A stretch of 64,000 nucleotides of DNA from Shigella phage JK23: sequence record MK962752; one strand, written 5' to 3'. A program made the translations under genes and the position numbers. A model generated the notes under the pieces. That model worked only from the letters and a program-made list of their open reading frames with translations. It had not been told where the DNA came from and made no database searches. Of this stretch, positions 31,981 to 43,383 are shown in pieces. Every line of letters begins with the position of its first letter. Within the stretch, counting starts at the first letter, position 1.

Positions 31981-32179
31981 TTTCAATACTTATAATTTCA
32001 ACATCAGCCCAATGACCATAGCAAGGAAGACGAAATTCAACTGGCCAGTTAGGGTCCTTTTCTAATATAATAGACTTAACTTGTGGTTCTTCATGTTCAT
32101 CAGTATATGGATTTTTATCTGTTACTTTATATGTGACCTTAATGTACTGAATTCCAAAAATCTTATTAATTATATTCAT
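31973..32179 (-). CDS. 30.4: hypothetical protein 30.4
   Basis: 68-aa ORF, ATG start. Confidence 0.55.
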   Translation of the reverse strand: MNIINKIFGIQYIKVTYKVTDKNPYTDEHEEPQVKSIILEKDPNWPVEFRLPCYGHWADVEIISIENV

Positions 32180-32373
32180 ACTAATTCCTTTAATCCGTAG
32201 ATAGGAGATAATTCATCGCCCATACGAAGGTCTTCATTTCCATCTACCCAAGAAACAATATAAGCCTCTTTTATTTGAATACCACTCCATTTAAACGGAG
32301 GTAGAACCTTAAAAATTAATCCAGGTATACCAACTCCCTTTAATTCAACAGTTTGACCTAAAAAAAATTTCAT
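32176..32373 (-). CDS. 30.5: hypothetical protein 30.5
   Basis: 65-aa ORF, ATG start. Confidence 0.55.
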   Translation of the reverse strand: MKFFLGQTVELKGVGIPGLIFKVLPPFKWSGIQIKEAYIVSWVDGNEDLRMGDELSPIYGLKELV

Positions 32374-32660
32374 TAAAACCTCATCTGAAAACCGTGCGAT
32401 TTAACATTACCGCCATTAATATCAGAACTATTAATTTCACGTGCAATTGAGGGATCAATGTCAATTTCGCGATTGAGTTTAGTGATAGCTAAAGTATCGC
32501 GCCCATTTACAGTACGGAACTCTAAAGGGCAGACTACATTAACGTAGTTTTTAATCGATTCACTGGTAGGTTGCAAATGTGCAGGAAGGTCTTTAGGCGC
32601 CTTTGAGAAAACTACTTCGCAGAAGTTTTTACGGGTATCAAAATAAGTAGTCATAAACAT
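32373..32660 (-). CDS. 30.6: hypothetical protein 30.6
   Basis: Track start 32711 is TTG and would include a terminator hairpin; ATG 32660 with AGGA RBS gives 95 aa. Confidence 0.55.
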   Translation of the reverse strand: MFMTTYFDTRKNFCEVVFSKAPKDLPAHLQPTSESIKNYVNVVCPLEFRTVNGRDTLAITKLNREIDIDPSIAREINSSDINGGNVKSHGFQMRF

Positions 32661-32677
32661 AACATTTTCCTCAGTAA

Positions 32678-32691
32678 GGGGCCAAAGCCCC
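32678..32691 (-). terminator. hairpin between 30.7 and 30.6
   Basis: GGGGC-CAAA-GCCCC. Confidence 0.5.
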
Positions 32692-32700
32692 TCATTTATT

Positions 32701-33066
32701 TTAAATATCAAATTCGTTAAGAACTACATCAAAGATTGCTTCAAGATGCTCAGGTTTAGCTCTGTTACTCAGAATATGACGAATCCAAGTTTTAACCAAA
32801 AGCTTGCGATTAACGCCATTCCAGCAAGGATGAGTCCCTAAATCGCGTTCACGGAAATCATCATCCAGAGCGATTTTAAAGTTGGAACCTTCCATCGTGA
32901 TTGAAACCGTGATACCGTTTTCAAATCGCATATAAACGTAATTAGGAGTCATATACTGCTCAATTTCGCATACTGATCCATTTTGATGTTTCCAAAGGCA
33001 AATAGTATCAATAGAACCTGCAATACCATTAGAAACATATTTACGTTCAAAGTTGATGTAGTTCAT
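32701..33066 (-). CDS. 30.7: hypothetical protein 30.7
   Basis: Track start is TTG; ATG 33066 after GGAG RBS gives 121 aa; early promoter upstream. Confidence 0.6.
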   Translation of the reverse strand: MNYINFERKYVSNGIAGSIDTICLWKHQNGSVCEIEQYMTPNYVYMRFENGITVSITMEGSNFKIALDDDFRERDLGTHPCWNGVNRKLLVKTWIRHILSNRAKPEHLEAIFDVVLNEFDI

Positions 33067-33102
33067 TTTATTCTCCAAGATGTTTAATTGCGGTACAGGT
33101 AT

Positions 33103-33131
33103 ATAATATCATATCCTGTACCAAAGTAAAC
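33103..33131 (-). promoter_or_regulatory. early promoter upstream of 30.7 (GTTTAC, 17 bp, TATTAT)
   Basis: Read on - strand; -10 lies in the loop of an 8-bp palindrome. Confidence 0.55.
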
Positions 33132-33133
33132 AA

Positions 33134-33466
33134 TTATTTTACTACTTTCCAATGCTGCATGTCAAGTTTACCAACTTTTTTCATCTTCTCAATTAAGCGT
33201 TCGGCACGTTGGCGAGCTGTAACATAATACCATTCACCTAATTCATTTTGTTCAATTTTTCCAACGATTACTGTATTCAATTCATAAATCCAACCAGTAA
33301 AGAAATTATGAACTTGAATTGTAAAGGTGAAATCTGTTCCCATACCTTCTGTTGTTTCTACTTCAATAATATCACCTTCAACTGCCATTAAGAACCACAT
33401 AGTTTCATCATATTTACCATTGAAGCATTTAGTTTTAACTGCAGCGTTCAGATTAATCGTTTTCAT
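33134..33466 (-). CDS. 30.8: hypothetical protein 30.8
   Basis: 110-aa ORF, ATG start. Confidence 0.6.
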   Translation of the reverse strand: MKTINLNAAVKTKCFNGKYDETMWFLMAVEGDIIEVETTEGMGTDFTFTIQVHNFFTGWIYELNTVIVGKIEQNELGEWYYVTARQRAERLIEKMKKVGKLDMQHWKVVK

Positions 33467-33552
33467 TTTATTCTCCTTTGTTTGTGTAAGATAATACTAT
33501 CACAAAGGAACCATACTGTAAACAACTTTATGCAATCTTTGGAAAATAAAAA

Positions 33553-33572
33553 AGGACTCCCGAAGGAGTCCT
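33553..33572 (-). terminator. hairpin after 30.9
   Basis: AGGACTCC-CGAA-GGAGTCCT. Confidence 0.6.
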
Positions 33573-33576
33573 CAAC

Positions 33577-33753
33577 TTATGCTTTCTGCTTACCAAAACG
33601 AGAAGCATCATCTCGAAGAACCGCACGTGCTCGGCGCATGATCTTCTCAACAGTTTGATTGATACGAGAGTTCGACCCACGCTTGTAGCCAGCGCGTTTA
33701 GAATCACCAACTTTCTTTTCAACTGCTTTCTTTGCTTTAGCTTGTTTTGCCAT
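33577..33753 (-). CDS. 30.9: hypothetical basic small protein 30.9
   Basis: ATG 33753 (MAKQAKAKKAVEKK...) gives 58 aa; track ORF extends further upstream. Confidence 0.55.
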   Translation of the reverse strand: MAKQAKAKKAVEKKVGDSKRAGYKRGSNSRINQTVEKIMRRARAVLRDDASRFGKQKA

Positions 33754-34151
33754 TATAAATTCTCTTTTAAATGAAAATGCAGGACTTATTGGCATTGCCT
33801 GCGCAAGCCCTCAAGGGGAACATAGGTTTTTTGATATTTAACGACCAGGATAACCATAAACCCGTCATCATACCTTATAGCTCTTATCTGTTGCACACCG
33901 TTAGCTTAAAGGTTCCGGGTTCGATTTCTCGAGGATAAGATATATACTGATGGATATATAGGCCTTGAGGCGTACTCCCGATTGGCCATCACCTCGGGGT
34001 AGCATGCACTTGCCGCTATAAGAATAACATTCAAGAGGTACACCGTAAAACTGCCGGGGTCTTAAAACTATAATGATTCGCAAATCATTAATCAGACAGT
34101 TCGACGGCTCCTCGTTTTAACTTCACACTAAGGCAGTGAATCTCCAATAAA

Positions 34152-34400
34152 TTACTTCAGTGTTACCACAAAGTGACGAACTGCTTTTCGTGCAGCAGAA
34201 GCCAGAGGCTTAGCATATTTAAGTTCATCTTTTTCCTGAAGCTCAGCAGCTAATGCAGTTTGAGCAGGATTCAGATGTTTGAAATAACGCAGGATTTCAA
34301 GAGCTTCGGCTTCAACATCAATAGATGCGCCATAGTTTTCGTGACCATTATTCCATGCGTTTCGTTGCAGTTCAAGAGCGTGTTGTAATTGTTTAATCAT
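34152..34400 (-). CDS. rIII: rIII lysis-inhibition accessory protein
   Basis: 82-aa ORF (T4 RIII is 82 aa), located between 30.9 and gene 31. Confidence 0.8.
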   Translation of the reverse strand: MIKQLQHALELQRNAWNNGHENYGASIDVEAEALEILRYFKHLNPAQTALAAELQEKDELKYAKPLASAARKAVRHFVVTLK

Positions 34401-34547
34401 TTAAAAATTCTCGTTAGAGATTAAAACTCGGTAGTCACGTTCTTCTGAATTTCATCTTCTTTCGACAGATCTCTCAGTTGTAGACTACCACATAGAATTG
34501 TTCGGTTAACTTATTATTCCGACACCAAATTCATATTATTATTTATA

Positions 34548-34883
34548 TCACTTATAAAGACACGGAATAGCTTTATAGTGACAGGTAACGAATTTTTGTT
34601 TAATTTCTTTTGGCTGCTTAAGACCCAGAGCTACAAAAGGGTGTGGAACGTTTCGAATTTGACCAACTGGAAGAGAAGTCAAATCACCAACTTCACAGAA
34701 ACCTTCAGGAACATCAGGACCGACAGAGTGAACTACACACAGTTCAGGAACTTCACCTTGAACACGTTTACCGATAATAAGTCCTGATTCTGTAACTTCT
34801 TCATCACCGGCTTGTGCAGGTTCAGAAACTAAAATAACATATTCACCGACAGCACGAATTGGTAGCTGTTGTACTTCAGACAT
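34548..34883 (-). CDS. 31: co-chaperonin gp31 (GroES analogue)
   Basis: 111-aa ORF matching T4 gp31 size and position; MotA-box middle promoter upstream. Confidence 0.88.
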
Positions 34884-34899
34884 CGTTTTTCCTTTTTGT

Positions 34900-34942
34900 T
34901 AACAGATGAATTAATAATAACAAATAATTCTTAAAGCATTTA
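34900..34942 (-). promoter_or_regulatory. candidate MotA-box middle promoter of gene 31
   Basis: On - strand: AAATGCTTTAA followed about 12 bp later by TA-rich -10-like hexamer. Confidence 0.4.
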
Positions 34943-35248
34943 TTTACCAATAAATTGGAGCAAATGCTCAACTTTCATACCATTAACGGAAATCAATTTG
35001 TCAATAGAAAAACCTCGCCATGCACCAAGTTCAACATCAAATACTGGAATCATATCAGTAGATTCTTTCCGAGTAGATTCAGTCAATTTACCAGTTTGCA
35101 TGGTTGGCATAAAGTCAGCATCGCGAGTACCTTTCATAACACGAATAGTACCATCAGACTTTTCAAAAACTACGTTTGAAACACCCATGGACAATTTAGT
35201 TTTCAAAATTTCACGAATTGCTACTTTTTGTTCAGTCGTCAGTTTCAT
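34940..35248 (-). CDS. 31.1: hypothetical protein 31.1
   Basis: 102-aa ORF, ATG start. Confidence 0.6.
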   Translation of the reverse strand: MKLTTEQKVAIREILKTKLSMGVSNVVFEKSDGTIRVMKGTRDADFMPTMQTGKLTESTRKESTDMIPVFDVELGAWRGFSIDKLISVNGMKVEHLLQFIGK

Positions 35249-35485
35249 TTATTTACCTATTACAGTTTTAATATGAGTTGTTCCACGTTCTTTAAGAGTG
35301 GAAAGTAATTTTTGGCATTTTTCTAAATCAGATTTCCAACTATGTGGTCTATCAATACAAACCCAGTTTGACTTATAATACTGCTTCCATTTAGAGAAAA
35401 AATACTTCTTATACTCTACAGCAAATGAAATGTTCTCGTTGGAATAAGAACTAATTGCTGTGAGCTGTACCAAACGAAATTTCAT
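35249..35485 (-). CDS. 31.2: hypothetical protein 31.2
   Basis: 78-aa ORF, ATG start. Confidence 0.55.
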   Translation of the reverse strand: MKFRLVQLTAISSYSNENISFAVEYKKYFFSKWKQYYKSNWVCIDRPHSWKSDLEKCQKLLSTLKERGTTHIKTVIGK

Positions 35486-36066
35486 TATTCACCACAGAAT
35501 TCGTTGATATTTTCCCAGTTTAACTTATTTAAGTTTTTCTTAGGAACATTAAACACTTCAATACCTGCATTTCGCAGAATATCATCCCAGCCAGGTTTAT
35601 TTTTATCGTATGTTTCACAATAAACCAGCTTTTTAATTCCAGATTGAGCTATTGCTTTTGCACAATCTGGGCAAGGAGAAAGTGTTACATACATAGTAGC
35701 ACCTTCAATTGAAGAACCGTTTCGTGCAGCAAACAAAATCGCATTTAGTTCAGCATGAATTTCATTTTTAGACGACCATTCAGAGTGCGCGCTACGATGT
35801 TCTTTCGCCAATACAAAACGATCAGTTGAACCAAACGATACACATTCAGGCTTATGACCTTGAATGATAGTATGTTTAGGCTTATTCAGCAACCAACCTT
35901 GCTCAGCAGCATAATCACAGCAGTTCACACCACCTGCAGGTGAACCATTATATCCAGTAGAAATAATACGTCCATTCTTTTCAATTACTGCTCCTACTTT
36001 CCAGGAGCAACATTTTGATTCTTGTGATACTAAATATGCAATTTGAAGTACTGTACTCGCTTTCAT
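35485..36066 (-). CDS. cd: dCMP deaminase
   Basis: 193-aa ORF with zinc deaminase motifs HAELNAI and PCPDCAKAI. Confidence 0.92.
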   Translation of the reverse strand: MKASTVLQIAYLVSQESKCCSWKVGAVIEKNGRIISTGYNGSPAGGVNCCDYAAEQGWLLNKPKHTIIQGHKPECVSFGSTDRFVLAKEHRSAHSEWSSKNEIHAELNAILFAARNGSSIEGATMYVTLSPCPDCAKAIAQSGIKKLVYCETYDKNKPGWDDILRNAGIEVFNVPKKNLNKLNWENINEFCGE

Positions 36067-36401
36067 TTCATAATCACCAGATAAGCAGATTTAGCAGTTT
36101 CAACACGATAAATTTCGTGACGAAGTTTAGTTATACTTTTAATAACAGAACTAATTATATTCTGCCCATCTTTAAAGCGGTTTTTCTTATCAATAAAAAT
36201 TGCACCAGCCATCTTTTTGTGAAGCTCAACTGGATACTTCGTCACAATAATAGCATCATACACAGAAGGATGAATACTATTCACTAGAGTATCGTTCATT
36301 AAAGTTATTCTAATGAACTGTGCTGTTTCAGAGTCAAGCGCTCTATGATCGCCAGTATCATTTTCAAGACAATTATCAATTATATCAGTTAAATTCATCA
36401 T
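36063..36401 (-). CDS. cd.1: hypothetical protein cd.1
   Basis: 112-aa ORF; five small ORFs between cd and pseT as in T4. Confidence 0.55.
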   Translation of the reverse strand: MMNLTDIIDNCLENDTGDHRALDSETAQFIRITLMNDTLVNSIHPSVYDAIIVTKYPVELHKKMAGAIFIDKKNRFKDGQNIISSVIKSITKLRHEIYRVETAKSAYLVIMK

Positions 36402-36634
36402 AGTACGCCATACACCCTTTGTGCTTCAACTAATCCATCAAAATCCAATTTGAGATGTGTTATTTGGTCACCATCACCTGGATTCACAATTACTAATACC
36501 GAACGAGGAGTTTCGGTAATAACACGAACCGACGTTTCAGGAAATCGTTCAGAAACCTTATTTACCAATTCTTGAGCAAATAGTTTAACTTTTTCTTGGA
36601 ATTCTTTAACAGTAATTGGTTTTTCGCTTAGCAT
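36398..36634 (-). CDS. cd.2: hypothetical protein cd.2
   Basis: 78-aa ORF. Confidence 0.55.
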   Translation of the reverse strand: MLSEKPITVKEFQEKVKLFAQELVNKVSERFPETSVRVITETPRSVLVIVNPGDGDQITHLKLDFDGLVEAQRVYGVL

Positions 36635-37155
36635 GTTGATCCTAGCTCCTTACTTTCAACATTTTTAACTAATTTGACAGAAACTAATTCAGCATCTTGG
36701 GTAATCATTACCGGACCTTCTTCATGCTCTTCAAGATATTCTAGAGCTTTCTTTTTAGCTTCTTCCTTCGTATCAGTTTGAGCATAGATATAGAACATAC
36801 AACCAGTAATACCTACTACTTTCCACTTAATTTCTTTATCAGTTTTAATTTCAAATTTACTTACAGAATCATCTTTTTGAACTTCTTCGAAAAAAGAATA
36901 TTCTAACATATAAGCAATTGAAAATAACGGGCTAACTTTATAGGATTCACCCATTACATCAACAGCTTTATACCAACAATCATCAATTTCACGTTTAATG
37001 CTAATAACATTTTTCGCAGGATCTATTTTTACTTTAAATGAATTTTCCCCAATAAACTGGGCAATTCGTTTATTAGCCTCGCAAGTTTCATTAAAAATAT
37101 CTTTATATCCAGCTTTAAAGCGATAAACCTTATCTTCTTCAAACCATTCGCTCAT
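36628..37155 (-). CDS. cd.3: hypothetical protein cd.3
   Basis: 175-aa ORF with early promoter upstream. Confidence 0.6.
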   Translation of the reverse strand: MSEWFEEDKVYRFKAGYKDIFNETCEANKRIAQFIGENSFKVKIDPAKNVISIKREIDDCWYKAVDVMGESYKVSPLFSIAYMLEYSFFEEVQKDDSVSKFEIKTDKEIKWKVVGITGCMFYIYAQTDTKEEAKKKALEYLEEHEEGPVMITQDAELVSVKLVKNVESKELGSTC

Positions 37156-37185
37156 TTCAATTTCCTCATTTGTTTTGGTAGAGCT

Positions 37186-37215
37186 ATAATATCACAACTC
37201 TACCGTAAAGTAAAC
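37186..37215 (-). promoter_or_regulatory. early promoter upstream of cd.3 (GTTTAC, 18 bp, TATTAT)
   Basis: Read on - strand; -10 lies in the loop of a 7-bp palindrome. Confidence 0.55.
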
Positions 37216-37217
37216 TA

Positions 37218-37493
37218 TTAAATTGCTTTGAATTCTGATGTCTGTGATTCAAAGCGAATGTCGCCTTTGATAACTAGCTCAGCATCAAGACCAAATACAA
37301 CAATGATATGCGCGGAACCTGGATACAACGTAATGGCAATAGAATCCACCTGGTCTGGAAGCAAAGCGTTCAATACATGAGTCACTTGAGCGTGGATTCG
37401 AAGTTCAGCTGCATTATCAAGCTTTTCAAACATGTTATTAGCGATAATTTGGCTAAACACTACTTCTACGATTTTAGAGTAAGTCGGAAACAT
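37218..37493 (-). CDS. cd.4: hypothetical protein cd.4
   Basis: Track start 37523 is TTG; first ATG 37493 gives 91 aa. Confidence 0.5.
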   Translation of the reverse strand: MFPTYSKIVEVVFSQIIANNMFEKLDNAAELRIHAQVTHVLNALLPDQVDSIAITLYPGSAHIIVVFGLDAELVIKGDIRFESQTSEFKAI

Positions 37494-37495
37494 AT

Positions 37496-37696
37496 TTACC
37501 TCACATAATTTTCTTCGAGCCAATCAATAACATCCAAAGCGTTATCAAAAGTTGCGCCATCTACTTTGTCTTCTGTTTCATAATCAAGAACATCTAGGCC
37601 TACTCTTCCGTCAACAATAGGCCATAGACAAAATAGATATTTCTTTTCTTTTTCAATTTTATCACAAAGACGATAAATCTTTTCTAGGTTATTCAT
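37496..37696 (-). CDS. cd.5: hypothetical protein cd.5
   Basis: 66-aa ORF. Confidence 0.5.
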   Translation of the reverse strand: MNNLEKIYRLCDKIEKEKKYLFCLWPIVDGRVGLDVLDYETEDKVDGATFDNALDVIDWLEENYVR

Positions 37697-37884
37697 ACGT
37701 TTTCCATGGTAAAGGCAGTTTAGTTTTCTTTACTACTAGTTCAACATCAGGATTCTTTTCTCTTAATTTAAGGCATTCCTCCCATGCTCTATTTTCACTA
37801 GTAAATACACAAAATTGCCCATTACTAGTACCAACTAAACCGCTATTTACAATAACAAAGCCCAAGTTTCATGGTGCCAAGCCA

Positions 37885-39103
<1,219 letters not shown>

Positions 39104-39107
<4 letters not shown>

Positions 39108-39334
39108 TTATTTTTCTCAACTAATGATTGAATATAATCATGCAAGTCTTTAGATGCTTTACCCCACTTATTTTGATATTCATTTTTGAGATTAGCACGT
39201 GATTGAGCTAATAAAACATCATTAGTTGGAGGTAAAGATTCTAACCGCTGAATCTGGCGTCCATAAATCATTGCAGCCATCTCGGATTCATAAATCAATC
39301 CTTTGAGATGTTCAAATTGATGCCATGAAATCAT
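39104..39334 (-). CDS. hypothetical protein
   Basis: 76-aa ORF. Confidence 0.5.
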
Positions 39335-39630
39335 TTACATTTATCCTCTTTTAACTCTTGACGATAATAACATATCATAGTTTTTTGGTCATGTACATAT
39401 CGTTTTACATCATTAAGCCAAATACGAAATTCCTGGGAATCTTCAAATGGCATACCGACCCAAGCTTTACCATCAATAACTTTAACTTGCCAAGATAGTT
39501 TAGCTTCATCATATGACTTTATCTGTACAGGCCAATTAGGATGAACTGTTTCTTTCTTTACTTCTAGAGGCTTTGTCGAACAACCAGCTAGAAGACCGAT
39601 AGATAATATTACTGCTGATAGTCTAATCAT
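39331..39630 (-). CDS. predicted lipoprotein
   Basis: 99-aa ORF with signal peptide and lipobox (LLAGC). Confidence 0.55.
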   Translation of the reverse strand: MIRLSAVILSIGLLAGCSTKPLEVKKETVHPNWPVQIKSYDEAKLSWQVKVIDGKAWVGMPFEDSQEFRIWLNDVKRYVHDQKTMICYYRQELKEDKCK

Positions 39631-39980
39631 TTAGAAAGGTCCTGGATGTCTTCTGCGAACTTGTTGAAGGAGTTGTTGATTTGTTTTTCAACCAATCCTG
39701 GCTTACGAGCCACCACATCCGCCTTCTTTGCATCTTTGCGCAGTTTTTCATTTTCACGCTCAATAGCAGCAATCGCCTCACGATTTTTATTATTCATCGC
39801 ATCAATATAATTATACTGAATTCGCAAATTATTTAATGCTAAGGCGTTTTCATTGGCTGTTTTTGTAATTTCAGTAACTGATGTTTCTAATCTTTCTACC
39901 TTATTTTTTAAAATAATAGATGTTCCGCCAAATGCTATTACAAGTAATAGCAATCCAGCTGTAAAATTACTTAATTGCAT
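39627..39980 (-). CDS. predicted membrane-anchored coiled-coil protein
   Basis: 117-aa ORF with N-terminal hydrophobic helix (AGLLLLVIAFGGTSIIL) then charged coiled-coil. Confidence 0.55.
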   Translation of the reverse strand: MQLSNFTAGLLLLVIAFGGTSIILKNKVERLETSVTEITKTANENALALNNLRIQYNYIDAMNNKNREAIAAIERENEKLRKDAKKADVVARKPGLVEKQINNSFNKFAEDIQDLSK

Positions 39981-40477
39981 AAAGTTTTAATAACCTCTAT
40001 AATATCGTCTTGAGAAAGACCGTTAATTAAAATATGATGTTCAGCCGGAGATTTAGAAATTTTAAAGCATGCCTCAACATCTTCTGCCATATCCGATGCG
40101 CTACGATTTGGATTACTAATTCCAAGACGATGTTTTCCCGTTAAAGGATTAACGATGATATAGCATTTACAGTTGTTAATATGAACATTAGGTTGAGTCT
40201 GATTAATGAACACATCGCAATCATATTTCGCAAGCTGATTTTCTAAAAAGACTTTCATCTCTTCAACCGCATCAGGAAGCATATCACGGGCTTGCTCAAG
40301 ACGACGATTTCGATATTCTTTAATGGTCGTTTTCCGCTTGACTTGCTTAGCTAAATCTTTCTTAAGATCGGTGATATATCCAACTCGACGGTTTCCTTTA
40401 AATACAGAAATCCCATCTGTAGTATCACCGTATGCTTCAACGACCATTTCAGTAGTAATGAGCTGCAAATCCATCAT
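39971..40477 (-). CDS. alc: Alc transcription-elongation inhibitor
   Basis: 168-aa ORF (T4 Alc ~167 aa) between pseT cluster and rnlA; early promoter upstream. Confidence 0.75.
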   Translation of the reverse strand: MMDLQLITTEMVVEAYGDTTDGISVFKGNRRVGYITDLKKDLAKQVKRKTTIKEYRNRRLEQARDMLPDAVEEMKVFLENQLAKYDCDVFINQTQPNVHINNCKCYIIVNPLTGKHRLGISNPNRSASDMAEDVEACFKISKSPAEHHILINGLSQDDIIEVIKTLCN

Positions 40478-40481
40478 AAAG

Positions 40482-40535
40482 TCCTCATGTTATGTCAGTA
40501 AGACTACTATAACACAACACGAGGGACTTGTAAAC
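40482..40535 (-). repeat. 54-bp exact repeat, copy 2 (early promoter plus leader of alc)
   Basis: Identical to 24512-24565. Confidence 0.9.
40506..40535 (-). promoter_or_regulatory. early promoter of alc (-35 GTTTAC, -10 TATAGT)
   Basis: Identical sequence to 24536-24565. Confidence 0.55.
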
Positions 40536-40538
40536 AGC

Positions 40539-42126
<1,588 letters not shown>

Positions 42127-42134
42127 AATAAAAT

Positions 42135-42148
42135 GGGCCTTGCGGCCC
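42135..42148 (-). terminator. hairpin between nrdB and denA
   Basis: GGGCC-TTGC-GGCCC. Confidence 0.5.
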
Positions 42149-42153
42149 ACTCC

Positions 42154-43332
42154 TTAAAAGTATTTTTTAAAACTCATCATAACTTTATCATCAACATCAT
42201 TATCAATCTGTGCAACAAGATAAGATGACAGTTCTACTTCTTGTGGCGCTGATTGAACATTATCAGAATTAAGATATTCACGAATCCAAGGATATGGATG
42301 TTTAACCGGAGCATCGGTAATTGGGCATGGAAGACCGCACTGTTTCATACGAGATACAGTTAAGTAATCAATAAAGCTCCACATGCTATTTGTATTTAAT
42401 CCAGGAACATCGCCATCTTTAAATAAATGAACTGCCCAATCTTTTTCTTGGCGGTTAACTTCCATGAAAATATCAACTGCTTCTTGTTCACACTCTTGAG
42501 CAATTTTAACCCATTGATCGCCATCAGTACCAGATTGAAGTTGACGAATAATATATTGTGTACCTTTAAGATGAAGCTGCTCATCACGTGCAATGAACTT
42601 CATAATCTTGGCATTACCTTCCATGATTTCCATGTTTTTATGGAAGTTAAAGGTACACGCAAAAGATACATAAAAACGAATAGCTTCTAATGCATTAATA
42701 ACGTGCAAACAGAGGTAAAGAGATTTCATTAGCTCACGCTTCCAATATGTCTCATGCTCAATAGCATCTTCAATAACGTCTTTGTCTGCATTAATTTCTT
42801 TTTGGTATTCGATATCAGCTTTAGCGTTTTCCCAATAACGAGTTTTAATCAGAACATCATCATAATAACGTCCAATGGATTCAGCACGTTTCATAATAGC
42901 TTCATCTAATACAATTTCATCAAATACCTTCGATGGATCAGTATAAAGATTTCGCATGATATGAGTATATGAACGACTGTGAATAGTTTCACTAAAAGTC
43001 CATGTAGCAACCCATGTATCAAGGCTTGGGTCTGAAATTAATGACATAAGTACAGCAGATGGCGCGCGACCCTGAATGCTATCTAAAAGTGATTGATACT
43101 TCAAGTTGTTAGTAAAAATATTTTGCTGATACTGAGGAAGCTTATTAAACTGTGCAGCATCCATCATCAAGTTTACTTCTTCAGGACGCCAGAAAAATGA
43201 TAATTGCTTTTCGGTTAAATCTTCAAAAACTTTATGACGTTGAATATCATAACGCGCAATACCAAGACCTGAACCAAAAAACATAGGTTCTTTTAAAACA
43301 TCAACTGGATTTGTATTAAAAACTGTGCTCAT
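42154..43332 (-). CDS. nrdB: ribonucleotide reductase small subunit, no intron
   Basis: 392-aa continuous ORF with diiron-tyrosyl radical protein character; uninterrupted unlike T4 nrdB. Confidence 0.92.
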   Translation of the reverse strand: MSTVFNTNPVDVLKEPMFFGSGLGIARYDIQRHKVFEDLTEKQLSFFWRPEEVNLMMDAAQFNKLPQYQQNIFTNNLKYQSLLDSIQGRAPSAVLMSLISDPSLDTWVATWTFSETIHSRSYTHIMRNLYTDPSKVFDEIVLDEAIMKRAESIGRYYDDVLIKTRYWENAKADIEYQKEINADKDVIEDAIEHETYWKRELMKSLYLCLHVINALEAIRFYVSFACTFNFHKNMEIMEGNAKIMKFIARDEQLHLKGTQYIIRQLQSGTDGDQWVKIAQECEQEAVDIFMEVNRQEKDWAVHLFKDGDVPGLNTNSMWSFIDYLTVSRMKQCGLPCPITDAPVKHPYPWIREYLNSDNVQSAPQEVELSSYLVAQIDNDVDDKVMMSFKKYF

Positions 43333-43383
43333 AAATTTTCCGCTTAGTTAATAGTTGGTGACTCGTCCGTGAGTCAAATTATA

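Noticed and set aside
33901-33938. tRNA-like T-loop motif GGTTCGATT with flanking 7-bp stem in the rIII-30.9 gap
   Set aside because: The stem encloses only 45 nt, the T-stem does not pair (G53-C61 absent), and no D-arm or anticodon arm can be built, so it is not called as a tRNA and is kept only as part of the gap finding.
33771-33938. 55-aa + strand ORF (MKMQDLLALPAQ...) and 60-aa TTG-initiated - strand ORF 33901-34083 inside the gap
   Set aside because: No ribosome-binding site, TTG start or low-complexity product, and the + frame is antisense to the surrounding operon; likely spurious.
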